Source: Vicinamibacterales bacterium (GTDB lineage: Bacteria; Acidobacteriota; Vicinamibacteria; Vicinamibacterales; 2-12-FULL-66-21). From it: a stretch of DNA of 64,000 nt. Below are positions 39,971-47,301 of the stretch, in pieces. Numbering within the stretch: position 1 is the first letter of the stretch; each line of letters opens with the position of its first letter. The stretch is from the NCBI GenBank assembly GCA_035699745.1, contig DASSPH010000099.1, positions 129,841 to 193,840 of the forward strand, in the 5' to 3' direction. A program made the position numbers and the translations under genes. The notes under the pieces were generated by a model, which saw only the letters and a list, made by a program, of their open reading frames with translations, had not been told where the DNA came from and made no database searches.

Positions 39971-40789
39971 ATGGCTGCAGACGATCGGAAGGTGGTCGCC
40001 GCGCTCGCGAGAGCCGCAAAAGGCGGTGTGGTCTCTCTACCCGCCGCACTTCACGCAATTGACGGCCCGCCCGCAAAGGCGGCGCTTCGACTTCGCCGGC
40101 TCATCCGCCACGGTTGGATCGAACGGCTGCGGCGGGGCCTTTACTTAGTCAAGCCGCTCAGCGCGGCTCCCGACCAAGCGGCTATCCCAGAGGACCCGTG
40201 GGTGCTGGCTCGCGAGGTCTTCTCCCCCTGTTACATCGGCGGATGGAGCGCAGCCGAACACTGGGAGCTGACCGAACAGATTTTCCGATCGACGTTGGTT
40301 GTGACCGCTGTGCCTGCTCGAAAGACCGAGCTGCGTATTGGGGGCTACGACTTCCGCGTGTTCCGCGTTCACCGAACTCGTCTCGCTGCCGGAGTCGTCA
40401 ACGTCTGGCGAGGGCCCGAACGGGTCCAGGTCTCTGGACTCGAGCGGACAATCGCGGACGGTCTCCGAGATCCGGAGCTTGTCGGCGGAGGTCGCCATCT
40501 GGTGCAGCTTCTCCGCGCATACGGAGAGCATAAGGACCGCAATTTCGTCCGCTTGCTTGATGTCGCCCGACATACTGCTTCCGGCGCGGCTTGGAAGCGG
40601 CTGGGGTTTCTAAGCGAACGCCTCTGGCCCGCAGAAGTCAAGGTCGTCACCGCCGCCGGCCGCCATCTCACGGCAGGCTACGTCCGTCTCGACCCTGGCA
40701 ATAGACACCATGGAAAGCTCTCCAAGCGGTGGCGGCTCTGGATCAACGTGCCGGTTTCTGACCTGACATCCGAGCCGGCCGCTTCATGA
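39971..40789 (+). CDS. AbiEi-like antitoxin / transcriptional regulator (type IV TA)
   Basis: 272 aa. N-terminal wHTH-like region; C-terminal domain typical of AbiEi/COG5340-like proteins. Stop overlaps the start of the following nucleotidyltransferase gene (ATGA). Confidence 0.7.
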   Translation: MAADDRKVVAALARAAKGGVVSLPAALHAIDGPPAKAALRLRRLIRHGWIERLRRGLYLVKPLSAAPDQAAIPEDPWVLAREVFSPCYIGGWSAAEHWELTEQIFRSTLVVTAVPARKTELRIGGYDFRVFRVHRTRLAAGVVNVWRGPERVQVSGLERTIADGLRDPELVGGGRHLVQLLRAYGEHKDRNFVRLLDVARHTASGAAWKRLGFLSERLWPAEVKVVTAAGRHLTAGYVRLDPGNRHHGKLSKRWRLWINVPVSDLTSEPAAS

Positions 40790-42182
40790 TTGCCAAGCAA
40801 GACATCCTCGATCGCGCTGCCGAATGGCACTTGCGCCCGGAAGTGGTCGAAAAGGACTACGTGCTCGGATGGCTGCTCGCAGGCGTTGCCGCCCTGCCGA
40901 CTCTCTCTGGATTTTCAAGGGCGGCACATGCGTCAAGAAGTGTTTCTTCGAGACATATCGTTTCTCGGAGGACCTGGACTTCTCCCTGCGGCCGGATGCG
41001 CCGTATACGCAGGACGAACTCGTGGCGCAGCTTCGAGAACTGACTGCGCACGTCGCAGAGCTGACCGGCCTGGAGTTTCCGGCTGACCTCGTCGATGTGA
41101 AAACGAGGCAGAACAAGCAAGGGCTACCGACGTTCGAGGGTCGCGTCGCCTATCGCGGTCCCCTCGAGTATCCAGGCTCTCCCAAGATTCGCTTCGACAT
41201 CACGCGACACGAGCCGGTCATCGACGATCCGGCCGAGCGGCCGATTCTGCATCCCTACCCTGACGCGTTGCCCGAGGGCGTCGCCGTGCTCACGTATTCG
41301 TTCGAGGAGTTGCTCGCCGAAAAGACTCGCGCTTTGCTCGAGCGATCGCGGCCTCGCGATTTGTACGATGTCGTTCACCTTCTCGAGAATGCGCCTACGG
41401 ATCTCAATCTGGTCGACGTTCGCAGGCTGTTCGCAAAGAAATGCGCGGGCAAAGCCATCGCGCTGCCTTCGTCGATCGAATTGATCGGCATCGTTGCCGG
41501 CGACGCCGAACTGCGATCCGAGTGGGCGAGTATGCTTGCGCACCAATTGCCAGCATTGCCGGACTTGGACGCGATGCTCTCGAGGCTGCCTGCGGTTCTT
41601 GGCTGGTTGGATGCTCCGTCAAAGCCCCTTCCCGAGACGCAGCTGCCTCGAGTGCCCGTTGGCGAGGGCCTTAGCCCAATCGTTGCACCGGGGATTCGGT
41701 ACTGGGGCGCCGGCTCGCCACTCGAGTCGATCCGGTTCGCGGCGACCAACCGTCTCATGCTCGAGTTCGAATACCACGGCAAGCACCGGCAGGTGGAACC
41801 GTATTCGGTCCGACGAGCTGGCACTGGGAACGTCCTTCTGTACGCTTGGGAACTCGCAGACGGTCACATGAAGGCGTACAAGGTCGACGAAATGTCCGCT
41901 GTCAAGGCGATGAGCGCCACGTTCTCACCGCGATACCAGGTCGAGATCTCGGCGTATGGACCAATACAGGCGTCTTCCACGGCAGCGCATCCGAGAATCA
42001 CGACACCGCGGCAACCGCGCCCCCATTCCGCGCGTCGCGGACCAACCTATATATTTCAGTGCTCGTATTGCGGGAAACGGTTTGAACACTCCACCAATGA
42101 CTCAGCCCTCCGGGAGCACAAAACGCAATCGGGCTGGAAATGCTCGGGACGACGAGGGTACTTAGTCGACGCACGATATTGA
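40786..42182 (+). pseudogene. AbiEii/AbiGii-family nucleotidyltransferase toxin with C-terminal WYL-like and zinc-finger extension; apparent frameshift at (CT)4 near 40901-40908
   Basis: Frame 1 from ATG 40786 gives MIAKQDILDRAAEWHLRPEVVEKDYVLGWLLAGVAALPTLS, the conserved AbiEii N-terminus. Conserved FKGGTCVKKCFFETYRFSEDLDFS continues in frame 0 (track ORF 40824..42182). The junction is actCTCTCTCTgg. The C-terminal 150 aa add R-x-V-x-PY...LLYAWELA...KAYKVDEM (WYL-like) and CSYCGKRFEHSTNDSALREH (C2H2-like). Confidence 0.6.
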
Positions 42183-43208
42183 CTAAACGGTGCGGCGCCA
42201 CTCAAGCCATCTGCTGGCCAAGATCTGGTAATTCCGCGGCGGATGATCTCTGGCACTTTCCCCATGAACGATTCCGAACATCACCGAGTCGCTGGCGGTA
42301 AGAAATCGAAGAAGAATTCCGGTCCACGGGGCCAAGGGAGGAACTCGCCCCGAACCTCCGAGCGCTTTCCTTCGTGGCCTTTGACCCTGTCGTAAAACGT
42401 CGAATCCCTTGGGCCAGGTAGAAGTACGAGATGGCGTCCCATGAGAACTGCAACGCCACCGTCCAGAATTCCTGGCTCCCGAATAATTACCAGGGCTCGA
42501 GCGTCCTTTGGGCTGCTGGGAAACGCGAATCCCGAAGAGCGACGGCGCGGACGTTCGGATGTCGATCTTCTGTCGAACGACTTCATAGGCGGGATCGAGG
42601 ACAAATCGGTATCCGAACTTCGCAAACGCGACGATACATGCTGCCCGTAACCAAGACACAGCCGCGTGGGAAGAGTTGTATTGCTCACGAAATTGCAGCT
42701 TGACATTCCAGTCGCGATCTCCACTCTCCACCAAGCGATTCAGCTCGGCGACGAACGCGGCGTGCGCTGTAGGGGAGTTACGATTCTCATCTCCAAACAA
42801 CTGCATACCCGTCGGCCCGGCTTCCAGCGTCATGTTGACTTGGGTTTGGCCGAGCGCCACCCGAACCCGCTGATCCCGCAGAACACCCGGAGGGTCGTCT
42901 TCGTAACGGGCTGCAATACTCGCGTGAGAGTCCAACATCGATCCCGCGGTGTGATTCCACCTGGCGCACGTCAACGCGATCGCGCGACCACCGGCGAACT
43001 CCGGCGGCGCATGTTCGGCAGTCAGTTGATTCGTTCCAACGGCGGGCCGCATGAAAGCCCGAAAAAGGGTCGGCGTGACGCAAAGGGGGCAGATGTAGAC
43101 GGGACCAATGTGCGGCGGCAGGACGTCGCGGACCACCGATGGGCAAGTCTGCGCGAACGCCTCCGCCCCGCGGTCGAACCACGCAAGGCGCGTTTGCAGC
43201 TTGGGCAT
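42183..43208 (-). CDS. HNH-nuclease-like protein (N-terminal His-Me finger motif), low-GC
   Basis: YICPLCVTPTLF...LTAEHAPPEFAGGRAIALTCARWNHTAG fits CxxC...EH..P..GG....C..N. Local GC is about 57%, versus 70% in the flanks. The C-terminal third is low-complexity and may not be genuine. The stop abuts the AbiEii stop (convergent). Confidence 0.45.
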   Translation of the reverse strand: MPKLQTRLAWFDRGAEAFAQTCPSVVRDVLPPHIGPVYICPLCVTPTLFRAFMRPAVGTNQLTAEHAPPEFAGGRAIALTCARWNHTAGSMLDSHASIAARYEDDPPGVLRDQRVRVALGQTQVNMTLEAGPTGMQLFGDENRNSPTAHAAFVAELNRLVESGDRDWNVKLQFREQYNSSHAAVSWLRAACIVAFAKFGYRFVLDPAYEVVRQKIDIRTSAPSLFGIRVSQQPKGRSSPGNYSGARNSGRWRCSSHGTPSRTSTWPKGFDVLRQGQRPRRKALGGSGRVPPLAPWTGILLRFLTASDSVMFGIVHGESARDHPPRNYQILASRWLEWRRTV

Positions 43209-43247
43209 TCCTATTCAGCACTGATCGTACCTCGAAGCGTCCTCTTC

Positions 43248-43280
43248 GCAATCGCTCACCAAAATCCCTCACGCTTGACA
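43248..43280 (+). promoter_or_regulatory. Conserved direct-repeat motif plus TTGACA upstream of padR (copy 2)
   Basis: GCAATCGCTCACCAAAATCCCTCACGC immediately followed by TTGACA (43275-43280), 61 nt before the ATG at 43342. Confidence 0.5.
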
Positions 43281-43341
43281 GCGCCGCGCCGGACGGAGGA
43301 AACTTTCCGCTCCCATAGTTCGTCTATGCAAAGAGCGGCTG

Positions 43342-43686
43342 ATGAAGGAACCGAAGGCGAAGAACAAGAACGAGCTGCTGCCCGGCACGCTCGAGATGCT
43401 GATCCTCAAAACCCTGTCGATCGGGCCGATGCACGGCTACGGCATCGCCCAGCACATCCAGATGCTGTCGGCTGACGTGCTGACGATCGAAGAGGGATCG
43501 CTGTACCCGGCCTTGCAGCGGATGCGCGTCAAGGGGTGGCTGTCGGCCGAGTGGAAAATCTCGGCGAACAACCGCCGGGCGCGGTTCTACACGCTCACCG
43601 CCGCCGGGAAGAAGCAGCTCGGCCTCGAGGAAGCACGGTTTTCCCAGATGTTCGGCGCGATCATGCGGGTGATGAAGACGACGTAG
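43342..43686 (+). CDS. padR: PadR family transcriptional regulator (paralog 2)
   Basis: 114 aa. LLPGTLEMLILKTLSIGPMHGYGIAQHIQ...[22 protein letters not shown]. Confidence 0.9.
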   Translation: MKEPKAKNKNELLPGTLEMLILKTLSIGPMHGYGIAQHIQMLSADVLTIEEGSLYPALQRMRVKGWLSAEWKISANNRRARFYTLTAAGKKQLGLEEARFSQMFGAIMRVMKTT

Positions 43687-43710
43687 TGGCCTGATTCTCC
43701 GGAGGGTAAG

Positions 43711-46407
43711 GTGGGTTCGTTTCTCCGACGTCTGCTGTTCTTCTTCCAGCGCAACCAGTTCGATCGCGATCTGCAGGACGAGCTGCGCTTCCACGAGGAG
43801 ATGAAAGCGGACGCCCTGGCCGACGCCAACGGCATCAGCGCCGACGAGGCGCGGGCGGCGGCGCGCCGGCGGGTCGGCAATCCCCTGCGGCTGCGCGAGC
43901 AGTCCCGCGAGCCGTGGACCTTCGCGACCGTGGAAACGTCCGCGCAGGACGTGCGCCACGCGCTGCGCCTGATGAGGCGGGCGCCGGCCTTCACCGTCAC
44001 CGCGCTCGCGATCCTCGCGCTCGGCATCGGACTCAACACCGCGATCTTCTCCGTCGCCTACGGCGTGCTCTGGCGGCCGCTGCCCTACCCCGACCCCGAT
44101 CGACTGATCATCGTCCAGTCCGCGCAGCAGACCGAGCGGGGCGTCAGGACCTTCTCGACCTGGTCGCCGGTGTCCTACGACGCGCTCCGCCCGCGCGTCA
44201 CCGCGTTCGAACATCTCGCGGCCTATGTCACGCTCGACGCGCAGCTCAGCGGACGCGGCGAGCCGGCGCAGGTCCAGGGGCTCGAAGTCAGCCCGAACTT
44301 CTTCGCGATGCTGGGCGTCACGCCCGCGCGCGGACGCCCTTTCCTCACCGGCGCCGCCTCGTCAGACGACGATCGCACCGCCATCGTCAGCGATCGACTC
44401 TGGCGCACGTCTTTCGGCGCCGATCCGGCGATCGTCGGACAGTCGATCACCGTCGACGGCATCCCGCGTACCGTCATCGGCGTCATGCCGCCGGATTTCG
44501 GCTTCAGGCCGGTGATCCGGATTGGCGCGCTGCCGGAAACCGATATCTTTCTGTTCAATCGCTGGGCCGGCGACACGGGCCGGAGCGCGTTTCTCTTCCT
44601 GCTGGGGCGCATGAAGCCGGGCGTCACGCAGGAACGCGCCGAAGCGGAATTGACGGCGCTGGTGAACGAGCCGTCGATCGCGCCCACCGGCGCCCTGGGA
44701 ATGGAGGGCACACTCGCGGCGAACGTCCGCACGCTGGCTCGCACAGTCCGCCTGCAGGCCTACGGCATGGAGTCGGTGCGGCCGCTGCTCCTGATCCTGC
44801 TCGGCGCGGTGTCGTTCGTGCTCCTGATTGCGTGCGTCAACGTCGCCAACCTGCAGATGGCGCGCCTCACGGCCCGGCGCGGCGAACTCTCCGTCCGGAT
44901 GGCGCTCGGCGCGGGGCGCCGGCGGATCGTGCGTCAGCTACTGACCGAGGCGGTCGTGCTGTCGCTGCTGGGCGCGTCGCTGGGCGTGCTGCTCGCGCGG
45001 ATCGCGATCGACGTCACGCTGCCGCTCGTCCCGCCGTCCGCGCTGCCCGGCGTCGGCGGGATCGTGATCGACGGCGGCGTGCTGGCGTTCTGCCTCGGCC
45101 TGTCGCTCGTCTCGACGCTGCTGATCGGGCTCCTCCCGGCGCTGCGTGTCAGCGGAACAGCGTTCGGTGAAGGGCTCGCGCTGCACGCCGGCGAGACGCG
45201 AACGACGGGGGACCGCCAGGGCGAACGGCTGCGGACGCTGCTGGTCGCCGGGCAGATCGCCATGACGCTCGTGCTGCTGATCGGCGCGGGGCTGCTGATT
45301 CACAGCTTCCTGCGTCTCACGGCGGTGTCGCCGGGCTTCGAATCGCGCGGGCGCGACGGCGTGGTGCAGACCGTCCGGGTGACGCTGCCGCAACACCTGT
45401 ACGGGGAGCCCGGGCGGATCCATGCGTTCGCGCGCGGCGTGCTCGAGCGCGTCCAGAACCTGCCGGGGGTGACGTCGGCGAGCGTGATCAACTCGGCGCC
45501 GTTCGGCAGGATGTTCATCCAGCTCGACTTCAACATCGAGGGACAGCCGAAGCCCAGGCTCTCTGCCGGCACGCCGAAGATCGACGCCGGCTATTTCCGG
45601 ACGATGGGGATTCCGCTGCTGGCGGGACGGGACTTCACTGCCGCGGACACGGCGGGCGCGCCCAACGTGGCGATCGTCAGCGAGCGCATCGTGCGCGAGT
45701 ACTTTCCCGGCGGCCCGGTCGAGGCGCTCGGCCGGCGGATCCGCATCACCGACCGCGGCGAGTGGCTCACGGTGGTGGGCGTGGCGGCGGACATCCGTCA
45801 GATGGGGCTCGATCGCGACGTGCAGCCGATGATCTACGCGCCGTTCCAGCAGGACCGCAGCGGATTCCTCCGGTTCGTGTCGTTCGTCGCACGCACCACG
45901 ACCCCCTCGGCCGTGGTCGACGGCATCCGCGCCGAGATCCGCCGCGCCGCACCCGATCTACCGATTGCCGGCACGGTGACGATGGACGAAGCGGTTGCGG
46001 CGTCGGTGGCGCCGCCGCGGTTCCGGATGCTGCTGCTGGGGCTCTTCGCGGCGACCGCGATGCTGATTGCGACCTGCGGCATCTACGGCCTGATGGCCTA
46101 CGCCGTGACCCAGCGCCGCCGCGAAATCGGCGTGCGCATGGCGCTCGGCGCCCAACGCCGCGACGTGCTGCGCCTCGTGCTCGCACGCGCGCTCCGCATC
46201 GTCCTCGCCGGGGTGATCGTGGGCCTCGCCGGCGCCGCCGGCGTGACGCGGGTGCTGCAGCGGTTCCTGTTCGGGGTGACGCCGACCGATCCGGTCGCGT
46301 TCACGCTCGTCACGCTGCTGCTGGTAGCCGTGGGGCTGATGGCGGCGTGGCTGCCTGCACGGCGCGCGACCCGGATCGATCCGAGCGTCGCACTGCGCGC
46401 GGAATAG
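43711..46407 (+). CDS. ABC transporter permease, FtsX-like duplicated (MacB-like) family (paralog 2)
   Basis: 898 aa, GTG start. N-terminus VGSFLRRLLFFFQRNQFDRDLQDELRFHEEMKAD typical of this family. Two FtsX modules; C-terminus LPARRATRIDPSVALRAE. Confidence 0.9.
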   Translation: MGSFLRRLLFFFQRNQFDRDLQDELRFHEEMKADALADANGISADEARAAARRRVGNPLRLREQSREPWTFATVETSAQDVRHALRLMRRAPAFTVTALAILALGIGLNTAIFSVAYGVLWRPLPYPDPDRLIIVQSAQQTERGVRTFSTWSPVSYDALRPRVTAFEHLAAYVTLDAQLSGRGEPAQVQGLEVSPNFFAMLGVTPARGRPFLTGAASSDDDRTAIVSDRLWRTSFGADPAIVGQSITVDGIPRTVIGVMPPDFGFRPVIRIGALPETDIFLFNRWAGDTGRSAFLFLLGRMKPGVTQERAEAELTALVNEPSIAPTGALGMEGTLAANVRTLARTVRLQAYGMESVRPLLLILLGAVSFVLLIACVNVANLQMARLTARRGELSVRMALGAGRRRIVRQLLTEAVVLSLLGASLGVLLARIAIDVTLPLVPPSALPGVGGIVIDGGVLAFCLGLSLVSTLLIGLLPALRVSGTAFGEGLALHAGETRTTGDRQGERLRTLLVAGQIAMTLVLLIGAGLLIHSFLRLTAVSPGFESRGRDGVVQTVRVTLPQHLYGEPGRIHAFARGVLERVQNLPGVTSASVINSAPFGRMFIQLDFNIEGQPKPRLSAGTPKIDAGYFRTMGIPLLAGRDFTAADTAGAPNVAIVSERIVREYFPGGPVEALGRRIRITDRGEWLTVVGVAADIRQMGLDRDVQPMIYAPFQQDRSGFLRFVSFVARTTTPSAVVDGIRAEIRRAAPDLPIAGTVTMDEAVAASVAPPRFRMLLLGLFAATAMLIATCGIYGLMAYAVTQRRREIGVRMALGAQRRDVLRLVLARALRIVLAGVIVGLAGAAGVTRVLQRFLFGVTPTDPVAFTLVTLLLVAVGLMAAWLPARRATRIDPSVALRAE

Positions 46408-46430
46408 CGCCTCCAGTAGAATGCGGGCCT

Positions 46431-47288
46431 ATGCCCGTCACGCACATTCGCCGGGCCGCACTGGCGTCCGTCGCCGCCGCGGCCATCGCTCTCGGGCCCT
46501 CGACCGGTGCAGGCCAGACCGGCGTGCAGCCGGTGCAATACCGCTCGCCGGAGGGGGTCGAGTACCGCTCGCTCCCCGATACGGACGCGATCAGGACCGC
46601 GCGCGCCGCGCTCGAAGCGGATCCGAAGAACGTGGCGCGGATCATCGACCTCGGCGTCGCCCAGTCCGGCGCGCGGCAGTTTCGCGAAGCCATCGCGACG
46701 TTCACACGCGGACTCGAGATCGAGCCGGCCAACCCGCTGCTCCTCCGCTGGCGCGGCCATCGCTATCTTTCCGTGCGTGAATTCGATCGCGCGTCCGCCG
46801 ACCTCACGCGCGGGGCCGCGATCGACGGCACGATCTACGGCATCTGGTACCACCTCGGGGTAGTTCAGTACCTGCGGGCAGACTTCGGCGACGCCGCCGC
46901 ATCCTTCGCCAGGGCGCAGCCGATCGCTCCGGACGCCGGCGAGCTGGCGGGTTCAACGGACTGGCTGTGGATGTCGCTCAGCCGCGCCGGCCGCGGCGCG
47001 GAAGCGAAGGCGATGCTCGATCGGCGGCCCGACTCGAAGCCGGTGACCAACGCCTACACGCGGCGCCTGCAGCTCTATCGCGGCGAGATCGGCCCCGACG
47101 CGGTGGTCACGCCGGCGGATACAGACGACGTGCAGATGGCGACGCTCGCCTACGGCCTGGGAAACTGGTTCCTCGTGCGCGGCGACACGGCGCAGGCGCG
47201 CCGGTGGTTCGAGCGATCGATCCAGTCCGGCGGCTGGCCCGCGTTCGGATTCATCGCGTCGGAGGTGGAGCTGCGCCGGCTTCGGTGA
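46431..47288 (+). CDS. TPR-repeat secreted protein
   Basis: Start MPVTHIRRAALASVAAAAIALG (signal). The helical repeats resemble TPR motifs. The track's long upstream extension from 45762 is junk. Confidence 0.6.
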   Translation: MPVTHIRRAALASVAAAAIALGPSTGAGQTGVQPVQYRSPEGVEYRSLPDTDAIRTARAALEADPKNVARIIDLGVAQSGARQFREAIATFTRGLEIEPANPLLLRWRGHRYLSVREFDRASADLTRGAAIDGTIYGIWYHLGVVQYLRADFGDAAASFARAQPIAPDAGELAGSTDWLWMSLSRAGRGAEAKAMLDRRPDSKPVTNAYTRRLQLYRGEIGPDAVVTPADTDDVQMATLAYGLGNWFLVRGDTAQARRWFERSIQSGGWPAFGFIASEVELRRLR

Positions 47289-47301
47289 GCCCCGCGGCAC
47301 G

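Noticed and set aside
42666-43475. 269-aa plus-strand ORF across the HNH gene and padR2 upstream region
   Set aside because: It runs antisense to the HNH-like ORF and through the conserved promoter motif, and it has no domain features.
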